From a virus: DNA of 64,000 bases. The DNA lies in IMG/VR virus record IMGVR_UViG_3300036940_000389. One strand, written 5' to 3'. Of this stretch, positions 52,585 to 60,867 are shown in pieces. A program made the position numbers and the translations under genes. Every line of letters starts with the position of its first letter. The stretch's first letter is position 1. Below the pieces are notes generated by a model. The model had not been told where the DNA came from, searched no databases, and was given only the letters and a program-made list of their open reading frames with translations.

Positions 52585-53531
52585 AAATTAATATCCTCGC
52601 TTAACGATTCCTCAATTATATTTGCAACCCTGTCATCGAATGATGTTTTCTTTTTTCTGATTCTTTTTTTCATTACTTTATTGATATTTGTTCTGTAATC
52701 AAGTTCTCCATCATCGAGATCATTTTTAAGACTCTCAGCAAATATTTCCCTTTTTAATTCTTCTTCATCCTTTTCTGTTTTTTTTGTATTTTTCTTAGCT
52801 ACTTGTGAAAAATCATCTATTTTATATTTGTGTACAGACAATTCCCTAGTTTTTGTATCATAAATAGCGTATTGCGGTTGATGATTTTCCTGATCCTCAC
52901 GCATTCTCATCAAGCTTCCGCAATTGATTACTTTGTTATTCAAAGAGAATGCTTGGTGATTGTCACCACACACGAATAAATCAAAATTTGTATTATGCTT
53001 TAAAGAACGTCCTTCAGTATATTCTTTCTGCCCATGCCACAGTCTTTTATTCTTTATGATCATTTCATGTGTGACAAGTATTTTTGTACAAAAACCACGT
53101 GCTCTCGCTGTTTCTTTTGGATGATCTTCTTTCCAACTTGATCCATACAAATAAACAGATTCATCAAGATATGTGACTTTTGTTGCTTTGTCTTTTTCTA
53201 TTTTGTGAATGAGATCAGTTTTATTCAATATTTGGATTGGAATGTCGGTGAGGCATGTGTTGTGGAATTTTACATCGTGTTGTCCGAATACCAAGTAAAT
53301 CGGAAGCCTATAAATCATTAAAAATGCTATTGTGTCATACACAACATCATATGGATCTTTTCCGTAATTATGAAAAAAATCCCCTGGCTGCAATACAATT
53401 TTGCAGTTTTCATCTTTGAAATGATCAAATGCTTGCGCTAGTTTATTGAATTGATTTTCGTAATAGTCATCTATCCTACATACTGGTCTTGAGGATCTTA
53501 TATGAAGATCGCCTAAAAGTCCTATCTTCAC
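52581..53531 (-). CDS. sbcD: Mre11/SbcD-like nuclease
   Basis: GDLH, PGDFFH, GQHD, VTHE, GDNH metallophosphoesterase motifs. Confidence 0.85.
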   Translation of the reverse strand: MKIGLLGDLHIRSSRPVCRIDDYYENQFNKLAQAFDHFKDENCKIVLQPGDFFHNYGKDPYDVVYDTIAFLMIYRLPIYLVFGQHDVKFHNTCLTDIPIQILNKTDLIHKIEKDKATKVTYLDESVYLYGSSWKEDHPKETARARGFCTKILVTHEMIIKNKRLWHGQKEYTEGRSLKHNTNFDLFVCGDNHQAFSLNNKVINCGSLMRMREDQENHQPQYAIYDTKTRELSVHKYKIDDFSQVAKKNTKKTEKDEEELKREIFAESLKNDLDDGELDYRTNINKVMKKRIRKKKTSFDDRVANIIEESLSEDINL

Positions 53532-53542
53532 TTCGGGTCTCC

Positions 53543-54598
53543 TTAGGATAGAGTTTGTTCACAAAGCGGGCAAATTTTTATTTTCTCTTTAAATTGTTCA
53601 AGATCATGTGCAGCTTTTCCTTGCTCATTTGCAAGCGTTTCCACAAGCTTTTTTTGTTTTCTTAGGTCAGAGTTCAGCTTCGTGATTTGATCAAAATCCA
53701 AAGCGTCCTCTTCTTTGATATGAAGCTCGATTTGATTGATTAGTGACTTGAGCTTTTTGCTGTGAGGATTGATTTTATTTATGAGTTTTTGAGTTTTGTG
53801 TATGTTGGAAACAGTATTTTTGATTCTCGTGATTTTTTCTTGCTCACTGTGCAGATCATTTATCGTGTTTCCTAGTTCATTAACACGTTTTTCCAGCTTT
53901 CTTATAGTCTTTTCTTTGGAAATTGTGTTTCTGAGATCCTCAGTTTTCTCAACTATATTGTTGATTTTTTTGATTTGTATTCTGGATTGATCTGCTTTTT
54001 TTGATACACCTTGATATTTGGAAAAGATTTTTTCAATATAAGAGAAGTTTTTGTACTTGGCCAATCTTTCTTCATTTTCTTTTATTTGCTCATTGAGATG
54101 CTTTATAGCTGAGTTCTGTCTGGAGTATAAAAGATTGACGTATGATAGACTTCTATCAATTTGATCAATGCCAACTACTTGATTCAGTTTTTTTGCAATA
54201 TCTCCTGGCTGATCAGAGAGTAAAAAATAGGGATCATCTTGAAGCTGAATATTGACTGGTAATATTTTTATTATCTCGTCTATTTCTTTAGGAACAGATG
54301 TTCTCACAGCATCAAAAGTTTGATTATTTATTTTGTAGCTATTTGTGTTTTTGCTACGGATTCTTTTGATTGAGTTTTTGTTTGAGGTTATTTCTATACT
54401 GCAACTGGATTTTCCCCATGTTATAAAAGCATTCCCACTTGGCTTATTGAAAAACAACCAATACAATGCTCTTATTATTGAGGACTTCCCTTGATCTGAT
54501 TCTCCAGTAATTACGTTGATTCCCCTTGATAATTCAAGGTACGATCTTCTATGTGATTGAAAGTTTTTTAAATGCAGAGAATCGATAAATTCATGCAT
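53543..54598 (-). CDS. sbcC: Rad50/SbcC-like ATPase, N-terminal half ending at the zinc hook
   Basis: LKNFQSH, Walker A GESDQGKSS, Q-loop IQLQ, coiled coil, terminal CPLC. Confidence 0.85.
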   Translation of the reverse strand: MHEFIDSLHLKNFQSHRRSYLELSRGINVITGESDQGKSSIIRALYWLFFNKPSGNAFITWGKSSCSIEITSNKNSIKRIRSKNTNSYKINNQTFDAVRTSVPKEIDEIIKILPVNIQLQDDPYFLLSDQPGDIAKKLNQVVGIDQIDRSLSYVNLLYSRQNSAIKHLNEQIKENEERLAKYKNFSYIEKIFSKYQGVSKKADQSRIQIKKINNIVEKTEDLRNTISKEKTIRKLEKRVNELGNTINDLHSEQEKITRIKNTVSNIHKTQKLINKINPHSKKLKSLINQIELHIKEEDALDFDQITKLNSDLRKQKKLVETLANEQGKAAHDLEQFKEKIKICPLCEQTLS

Positions 54599-54614
54599 AG
54601 TAGTTCCTAAATGA

Positions 54615-55100
54615 TTATCTCTTATAAAACTCAGGTATTATTTTGTATTTATCGAACAAAATTTTTAGTTGCTTTGTGAGTCTTTTTGATTTTGGATACT
54701 CAGGAATTTTTTGTGCTCCGTTCACAGCTTTTTTGAGCTTATTGTAACTGGATTTTTTGAGCTTTGGAGTCTTTTTTGATTCAGATGGATGTATGTAGGG
54801 ATAATGTTTTCTTTGTAAATACTCAGACATATTTATAAGCACAAAAGGAAGTTTTTTTTGCTCTATGCCGTATCGAGTGCAGTTGTTTTCCATCTTTCCC
54901 AAAAGCACGTTGCAATTTCTGCACAAGACTCCCCTTATTTGTCCAGTACCATGTATTTTTTTCTTGTGATGATGATCTAGCGCAGGAGATGTGATATATT
55001 CGCCACAAATAGGACAAATATAGTTTTGTTCTTGTAGTATTTTTTCTCTGAGTTTTGGAATATCTTTATATTTGAGTTTTGTGATTCTTTTTCTCTGCAC
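54615..55100 (-). CDS. recombination endonuclease VII-like
   Basis: CPIC..LDHHH..IRGVLCRNCNVLLGK. Confidence 0.85.
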   Translation of the reverse strand: MQRKRITKLKYKDIPKLREKILQEQNYICPICGEYITSPALDHHHKKKIHGTGQIRGVLCRNCNVLLGKMENNCTRYGIEQKKLPFVLINMSEYLQRKHYPYIHPSESKKTPKLKKSSYNKLKKAVNGAQKIPEYPKSKRLTKQLKILFDKYKIIPEFYKR

Positions 55101-55118
55101 AATGCTATCCTTTAAGAA

Positions 55119-55192
55119 TGGAGCGGAAACCAGGACTCGAACCTGGATCTACAGTCGGGAAGACTGGGCTCTACCAATTGAGCTATTTCCGC
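55119..55192 (-). tRNA. tRNA-Gly body with shortened anticodon arm (74 nt, CCA encoded)
   Basis: GCGGAAA/TTTCCGC acceptor, U73-CCA, GCTC/GAGC D stem, TTCGAGT T loop; CAGTC-TTCCC-GACTG gives a 5-nt loop. Confidence 0.85.
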
Positions 55193-55199
55193 TTAGTGT

Positions 55200-55324
55200 G
55201 TGGGGAGGCAGGATTTGAACCTGCATGATCGGATTGTGCGACCTTGCGTTGACTTATCCCTATATAAGTTCGCACCGATCTCTGGAAGTCTTGCCATAGC
55301 GTCTACCAATTCCGCCACTCCCCA
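55200..55324 (-). ncRNA. tRNA-like RNA (class II D arm) with degenerate anticodon arm and ~58-nt branched variable arm
   Basis: TGGGGAG/CTCCCCA acceptor, TGGCGGAATTGGTAGACGC D arm, GCAGG-TTCAAAT-CCTGC T arm; GATCGG/CCGATC, GTGCGA/TCGCAC and ACTTAT/ATAAGT stems. Confidence 0.75.
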
Positions 55325-55338
55325 CAATTTTTTGATAT

Positions 55339-55608
55339 CTACTTCCAATGATTCACTGAGGCTTTCCGGAATTGCTTGAACTTCTTTTCAAGCTCAGAAG
55401 TCATTTTTCGACAACGCTTGGAAGCAGCAGCAAAGCGCATAGCCTTATCAAGTTCAGCATGAAGTGCAGTGATATTTTCTTGAAGATCAGCAACCATTTC
55501 TTCACTGAGATCGAGTTCTTCAGTAGGCTTTGCTGGCTTTTCTGCTGCCTTTTTCTTTGTTGGCTTTTCTACCGGCTTTTCTGTTGCTTTCCGTGTTTTC
55601 TTTGCCAT
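55339..55608 (-). CDS. histone H1-like protein (Hc1 family) with K/P/A-rich N-terminus
   Basis: AAASKRCRKMTSELEKKFKQFRKASV matches the Hc1 AA.R.RK.S.ELEK..K.FRK.S pattern. Confidence 0.7.
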   Translation of the reverse strand: MAKKTRKATEKPVEKPTKKKAAEKPAKPTEELDLSEEMVADLQENITALHAELDKAMRFAAASKRCRKMTSELEKKFKQFRKASVNHWK

Positions 55609-55637
55609 AAATCGTTCTCCTGGTTTTGTTTGATTGT

Positions 55638-56489
55638 TTACGAAAAGAGACTTTTGATTTCGCTTCTTTTTTCAGATTTTCGAAACGAATTGAATCCGTA
55701 GTCTCTACACACATGCAAAAAATTCTTGATTGAGAATTCGTTCTCTTTTAAATCGTTGTGAAAATCGTGCGTTCCTTTGAAAGGAAGCATCACCAACTGC
55801 TCATTGAACTTGATCAAATCTTTTCTGCTTTCTATTTCTTGATATGCTTTGTGTGTTTGTTTTAATTCTCCTTTTAGATATTTGATTGCTGTTTTTTCTT
55901 TGACACCTGGAACACCTGGAACATTGTCAGTAGAGCATCCAGCTATGCATTTCACAATTCCCCATTCGTTTGGACGAACTCTCCATGCATCAATCACTGC
56001 CTGCTCGTCATAGTATTTGTTTTTGTTCAAATTGTAAATAGTGCAATTTTGATTGATTATTTGCAGCATGTCATCATCTGAGGTAGCTATAATAATGTTT
56101 TCATCACCACCAGCACAATACACATATTGTGCAATTGTGTCATCTGATTCATATCCAATTTGAAGAAAGTTATTGTAAAATCCTATCTTTGGGAGCACAT
56201 TCATTCTGATTTTTTTGAATTGTTTGAAAGCAGTATTCCAAAGTTTTTTCTCTTCTTCGGTTTTATTGTCGTTTCTTTCTTTGTAGCTGGGAAGGATTTC
56301 TTTGCGTTTATTTTTGCGACTGTCCCAAAAGAATACTATTTGATCTGGTGAGACTTCTTTCACAATGTTAAAGAATTGATTCAAAAAACCATATGTTATT
56401 CCAGTAGGAATTCCATTGTATGAAAGATTTCCTACTGAATAGAAGGCTCTGTAGCACAAATAGTTTGAATCAATGAGTAGAGTTTTCAT
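55638..56489 (-). CDS. 5'-3' exonuclease/flap endonuclease (Pol I N-terminal-like)
   Basis: LLIDSN..YRAFY, YESDDTIA, TSDDDMLQ, DNVPGVPGVKEKTA. Confidence 0.9.
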   Translation of the reverse strand: MKTLLIDSNYLCYRAFYSVGNLSYNGIPTGITYGFLNQFFNIVKEVSPDQIVFFWDSRKNKRKEILPSYKERNDNKTEEEKKLWNTAFKQFKKIRMNVLPKIGFYNNFLQIGYESDDTIAQYVYCAGGDENIIIATSDDDMLQIINQNCTIYNLNKNKYYDEQAVIDAWRVRPNEWGIVKCIAGCSTDNVPGVPGVKEKTAIKYLKGELKQTHKAYQEIESRKDLIKFNEQLVMLPFKGTHDFHNDLKENEFSIKNFLHVCRDYGFNSFRKSEKRSEIKSLFS

Positions 56490-56752
56490 GATATGTGTTC
56501 GATGGCTTTGTTGAGTTTTGACTTCGTTATAATTCCTTGTTCAAACATTATATACAATGCTCTATGTCTGCCGTGTTTATTTGCCCAGAATTCAACTTTT
56601 TCTTTTATAGCATTATACTTGTTTTTTTCTGCGTATTTTTTTGTAAACTTACCTGATTTTTTCGAAACAGGAGCAGACATTTTGAGATTTTGCAGCATTT
56701 CAAACGGATTTTTTTGAGTAGATGCACTTTCTGTATTTGTTTGTGAATCCAT
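56486..56752 (-). CDS. hypothetical protein
   Basis: 88 aa, AGGAGA SD. Confidence 0.65.
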   Translation of the reverse strand: MDSQTNTESASTQKNPFEMLQNLKMSAPVSKKSGKFTKKYAEKNKYNAIKEKVEFWANKHGRHRALYIMFEQGIITKSKLNKAIEHIS

Positions 56753-56763
56753 TTTGTTCTCTC

Positions 56764-57210
56764 CTATGCATTGTCATGTAAAATTTCCATTTGATTTCCT
56801 AAGCGAATTGCCCATTCAGGATCATCTTTGTTGTACTCAATTTCTGAATAGAATCCCTCAAAGTCATGGGGTATTATTTTGTACTTGTCGTTGTCGTCTT
56901 TAAATCCATGATTGAGTTCATGAAAAATTATTCGTTTTTTGTCAGAGTTCTCAATTTCACCAAGCAATGCTTTGTCAAAAATCATAACGTAATCATAGGG
57001 GGAATCTTCTAAAATGCCTGAAAAGAATTTAATGAATTCATCTGATAGTCTCAGCTCCGCAAGTCTGTATTTTCCTTTTGTCTTTTTTGGTTTTGAATCA
57101 AGCAGTGCTTTTATTTTCGCACCTTTAATTGATGGGAATTTTTTGTTCTTCATAAAATTGATCATTTTCTGCAAACTATCAGGAGCTTCTTCATACCTAG
57201 AGTAATTCAT
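56764..57210 (-). CDS. putative phage metallopeptidase
   Basis: IIFHELNH (HExxH), IIPHDFEGF. Confidence 0.75.
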   Translation of the reverse strand: MNYSRYEEAPDSLQKMINFMKNKKFPSIKGAKIKALLDSKPKKTKGKYRLAELRLSDEFIKFFSGILEDSPYDYVMIFDKALLGEIENSDKKRIIFHELNHGFKDDNDKYKIIPHDFEGFYSEIEYNKDDPEWAIRLGNQMEILHDNA

Positions 57211-58274
57211 TATTCAAATCTCCTTTTTCTGTTGAGTTTTAATGATTCCTCTATATCAGACCAACATTTTTGCACACATTTTTGAAGTTCTATTTCAAGA
57301 TTGTTTTTCTCAATATGATCAATGATCTTCGCTTTTGTTCCTTCAATTCCTAATTCCTCAGCAATAATTGTTTGTTTTTTCTTTTCCCAATGTTTTTCTT
57401 CAAGCAAAAAATCTATATTAGCCCCAATATCATCAATTCCCAAATCATAATAGATTGGAAATTTCCCATCACGATATTTTCCTGTCTGTCTATTTTTTCC
57501 GAGTCTGGGCAAAGATTCTACACCAATCACTTTTTCCTTTGATTTTAATTTTTGTCCCAAATACAACCAAATTTCATGCCATGAATAATGCTTGAGAGCT
57601 TTTCCACCGCTTCTTGTTTTCTTTGATCCAAATGTTCCTGCATTAAGATTATCTCTTACTTGAGAAACGATTATGAGCAATGAATTTGTTTTTTTGATTT
57701 CTAATCTTATGTTTCTAAGAAGATCGCTTGCTTTACGCGCTTTTGCAGTTCCGTAACTTCCAGAAGAATCTTTTCCTTGCTCTCTTTTCTTCATTGCATC
57801 TTTTATCTTTTCTCTATCAGCATCAGCATCAACAGAATCGAATGAGTCTAGCACGTATATAAATGGTTTTTCTTTTCTAAGATGCTGCTTTACATGCATG
57901 TGAAAATCTTCAATAGTGTCTGAATGTATTGGAGTACCTTCTGAATCATATGCTGGAGCTTTTATTCGTTTTGCTGTTGACTTTCCAAATAAATATTCCA
58001 TATCGAATGATGATCCAGCCTCAGCATCATCATGTATGAGTTCATAATCATCAAATTGCGAATTGGAATTGACTGCTGCGAATGTTGTGTCAGCTAGTAT
58101 TGATTTTCCAGCAGAACTGTCACCAATGAGATTTACTATTGATCCTTTTCTGTATCCACCAAATGCATTGTCAGAGAGAATGCAATTCAAAATTGTGCAT
58201 CCAGTTGGAATGAGTTCATCTGGAATTAGAGATTTAGTGGATTCGATAGACTTTTCTTTGCGTCTTTTTTTCAT
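57210..58274 (-). CDS. recA: RecA/UvsX-like recombinase
   Basis: Walker A GDSSAGKS, VLDSFDSV, IIVSQVRD, SGGKALKHY, YDLGIDD. Confidence 0.9.
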   Translation of the reverse strand: MKKRRKEKSIESTKSLIPDELIPTGCTILNCILSDNAFGGYRKGSIVNLIGDSSAGKSILADTTFAAVNSNSQFDDYELIHDDAEAGSSFDMEYLFGKSTAKRIKAPAYDSEGTPIHSDTIEDFHMHVKQHLRKEKPFIYVLDSFDSVDADADREKIKDAMKKREQGKDSSGSYGTAKARKASDLLRNIRLEIKKTNSLLIIVSQVRDNLNAGTFGSKKTRSGGKALKHYSWHEIWLYLGQKLKSKEKVIGVESLPRLGKNRQTGKYRDGKFPIYYDLGIDDIGANIDFLLEEKHWEKKKQTIIAEELGIEGTKAKIIDHIEKNNLEIELQKCVQKCWSDIEESLKLNRKRRFE

Positions 58275-58293
58275 GAAATCACTCCAATTGCAT

Positions 58294-58329
58294 AATAGAG
58301 GGAAGAATTAACTTCCCCCTATTTTTTAT
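58294..58329. terminator. hairpin between SSB and RecA genes
   Basis: AATAGAGGGAAG/CTTCCCCCTATT stem; the T run is on the plus-strand side. Confidence 0.5.
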
Positions 58330-58341
58330 TAACGATAAATA

Positions 58342-59433
58342 CTACTCTTCTTCGTGAAGCTCTTCATATTTTTCCTGGCATTCAGTCCACATATCGCAGT
58401 CCTCACACTCATCTAATTCATCTGTGTCTTCTCCAAAAGTACCCCCATGAGGACATTCATTTTCAGACTTCTTCTTCGAGGACTTCTTGCTGGATTTCTT
58501 CTCAGACTTTTTCTCAGGTTTCTTTTTTGAGGACTTCTTGCTTGATTTGTCGTCATTGTCATCATTGTCTTTGCCATCGTCATCGTCATCATCGTCTTTG
58601 GATTTCTTGGGCTTCTTTGCAGTCTTTTTGTCTGCTTTCTTATCAGACTTCTTTTTTGATGGCTTTTTGGGCTCATCACCATCGTCATCATCTTCTTTGT
58701 CGTCCTCTTTATCTTCTTCCTCTTCAAGGGGAGCATCAAATAATGCTTTTTGCAGAAAATCGTAACCCTGAACCTTTAATAGGGAATCAAGATCATAAGC
58801 ATCTTCCAAGATGTCTTTCTCATATTCCTCCCTATCCTCAAAATCGATTTTGCGAACTTCGTAGAATTCATTTTTTCCTAATTTTTTCTTTCTGAAATGT
58901 ACTTCAAGTGTTTTGCCTCCTTCAAGTTCAGCAAATCCAGCAAGATCATCATCACCTTCGTTGACCTCTTCATCAAGTGCTTTTCCAAATAGATGATAGC
59001 TGTATTCGAAAAGCTGTACTCCCTTTTCCTGATCATCAAGATCAATAATGTTATACAACTCACGTTCTTTTGCTTTGATTTGTTTTGCCAACTCAATGTT
59101 TTCTTCTTCATCAGAATTAAACAGTTCCTTCACATACTCACATATAGGGCAGGGCTTTCCTATTGTTTTTGGGCAGATGAATGCTTTATTATCTGAACCA
59201 ATATTGTAATGCACAAAAATAGTGCGTTGATACCATTCCTCTCCCTTGCCAACTTCTGGATGATTGCTCACATTTACCTTGTAAGGAATGATATCCCAAT
59301 TATAAGGCCCCTTTCCTTTGACTTTAATGAATTCAGCTCCTTCTGGAGTGTTTAGATAACCACCCCCTGTGCGATTCATGTTTTTCTCAGCCTTTTTCTT
59401 TGCTTTGTCTCTCATTGAGCTTTTCTTTGCCAT
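58342..59433 (-). CDS. single-stranded DNA-binding protein (T4 gp32-like) with charged linker and C-terminal Cys motif
   Basis: FVHYNIG..ICPKTIGKPCPICE; YNIIDLD; D/E/K-rich tail; start at ATG 59433 (AAGGAG SD). Confidence 0.75.
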   Translation of the reverse strand: MAKKSSMRDKAKKKAEKNMNRTGGGYLNTPEGAEFIKVKGKGPYNWDIIPYKVNVSNHPEVGKGEEWYQRTIFVHYNIGSDNKAFICPKTIGKPCPICEYVKELFNSDEEENIELAKQIKAKERELYNIIDLDDQEKGVQLFEYSYHLFGKALDEEVNEGDDDLAGFAELEGGKTLEVHFRKKKLGKNEFYEVRKIDFEDREEYEKDILEDAYDLDSLLKVQGYDFLQKALFDAPLEEEEDKEDDKEDDDDGDEPKKPSKKKSDKKADKKTAKKPKKSKDDDDDDDGKDNDDNDDKSSKKSSKKKPEKKSEKKSSKKSSKKKSENECPHGGTFGEDTDELDECEDCDMWTECQEKYEELHEEE

Positions 59434-59587
59434 TAGTGGTCTCCTTGCAGTTTTTTGTGTTGTCGTGTATTGATTTGAACTTTGCATCATATATTGATTT
59501 TGTGATCATGTAAAACATAGCGGGCAGTATTACAAATAAAATCATAAAAATCAATAATACTAGCCCAAACAACTGAAATGTGCTCAT
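59387..59587 (-). CDS. membrane-anchored small protein
   Basis: N-terminal LFGLVLLIFMILFVILPAMFYMI; GGAGG SD. Confidence 0.6.
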   Translation of the reverse strand: MSTFQLFGLVLLIFMILFVILPAMFYMITKSIYDAKFKSIHDNTKNCKETTNGKEKLNERQSKEKG

Positions 59588-60144
59588 TACTTTTTATTCC
59601 TCCTTTTTACTTTCTCCTTTGCTCCTTTTCTATTTTCACTGATTTTATCTTTGTATTCTTTGGACAAATCTCGTGGTTCACTTGGAGTTGAAAAGTATTG
59701 TTGATTCAACAAACGAACAAGTTGCTCCAGTGCTGTTTTGCGTTGTTCCATGGTCATTGTGCATGAGTACAATTTGTTCACAAAATCTTGTGCCTCATTT
59801 AATTCTTCTTTTGCTTCATAAAGCTCATTCAATGCATTCTCATGATCTTTTTCAAGGATAATAGCAGAATTTACAACCTGCTCTGTGACTTTTGGAAGAT
59901 CATAGCTGTCAGGATTTTTTCTGATATCAATATCAAGAGAAGCTTTTACATCCTCTAAATGATCTTTTGCTTGTTCAACTTTTAATTTACAATCGTTTTT
60001 CCATTGTAATGCCTCATTCAAAGCATCACTATATTTGTAGTATAAATCTGATTGTTCAATCCAAGCCACGTCAAGAGCATCAGGATCAATTTGTTTGTCC
60101 TCATGAATTTCTTGTGTCAGTTCTTTTACTTTTTCAGGTAGCAT
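59587..60144 (-). CDS. UvsY-like recombination mediator (putative)
   Basis: IDPDALD.AWIEQ..LYYKY, all-helical, adjacent to SSB and RecA. Confidence 0.55.
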   Translation of the reverse strand: MLPEKVKELTQEIHEDKQIDPDALDVAWIEQSDLYYKYSDALNEALQWKNDCKLKVEQAKDHLEDVKASLDIDIRKNPDSYDLPKVTEQVVNSAIILEKDHENALNELYEAKEELNEAQDFVNKLYSCTMTMEQRKTALEQLVRLLNQQYFSTPSEPRDLSKEYKDKISENRKGAKEKVKRRNKK

Positions 60145-60154
60145 ATTTTGTTCC

Positions 60155-60424
60155 TTATTTGTGTTGGTTTTTTATTTTTTCATACATATGTGCTGGTATA
60201 CTTATTTCATATGTGATCATTGCAGGATATTCTTGTCTTTTATTAAAATTTATTCCTTTTACTTCTTCATCACTTTCAGCTTTGATCAGAATTTTTCCAA
60301 TTTCAAAAAGTTCTTTTGCAACAACACGCATGTATTGCTTTTGTTCATAAATTCTTTTTTTCTTCGACAATTCATCAAGCTTTTTTTGATCTTCCTCTGT
60401 CCAATCAGCATTTTTCTTTTTCAT
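60155..60424 (-). CDS. hypothetical protein
   Basis: 89 aa, AGGAGA SD. Confidence 0.65.
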   Translation of the reverse strand: MKKKNADWTEEDQKKLDELSKKKRIYEQKQYMRVVAKELFEIGKILIKAESDEEVKGINFNKRQEYPAMITYEISIPAHMYEKIKNQHK

Positions 60425-60432
60425 AAATTCTC

Positions 60433-60786
60433 CTATATTTTTACAGTTTCAATTTTTCTCGCATAATGCTCTGGATAAGTGCTTTTGTATTTTTTGTTTA
60501 TTTCATGCAATCTTTCTCCAGCCAGTATTGCAGAGTTGATAATGTAATTGAAATCATCTTCAGTAATCAATTCTCCTTTTCTGAATTTATGCTCTAAATT
60601 ACCTTCAGAATCATATATTACTTTAAAATATTTTTGACCTAAATAATCATAATATGCATATATACAGGGTCCTTCATCTTTGTATTCCTTGGGAAGTTCT
60701 CCTGATGTAAGCATGTTGAAATCTAAAATTTGTCTGCAAGGCTCTCCATCCACAAGTTTCATCATGGTCTTGATTTTGATAGACAT
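60433..60786 (-). CDS. hypothetical protein
   Basis: 117 aa, AAGGAGA SD. Confidence 0.7.
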   Translation of the reverse strand: MSIKIKTMMKLVDGEPCRQILDFNMLTSGELPKEYKDEGPCIYAYYDYLGQKYFKVIYDSEGNLEHKFRKGELITEDDFNYIINSAILAGERLHEINKKYKSTYPEHYARKIETVKI

Positions 60787-60867
60787 ACTGTTCTCCTTGA
60801 GATGAGATTGTTTGTAGCTTCACTATATAACATAGTCAGTACATCAAAAAAAATAACAAAAAAACTT

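Noticed and set aside
55200-55324. Intron-containing tRNA or tmRNA
   Set aside because: No splice register restores a U33-containing 7-nt anticodon loop; too short for a group I intron; no G3:U70, tag ORF or tmRNA termini.
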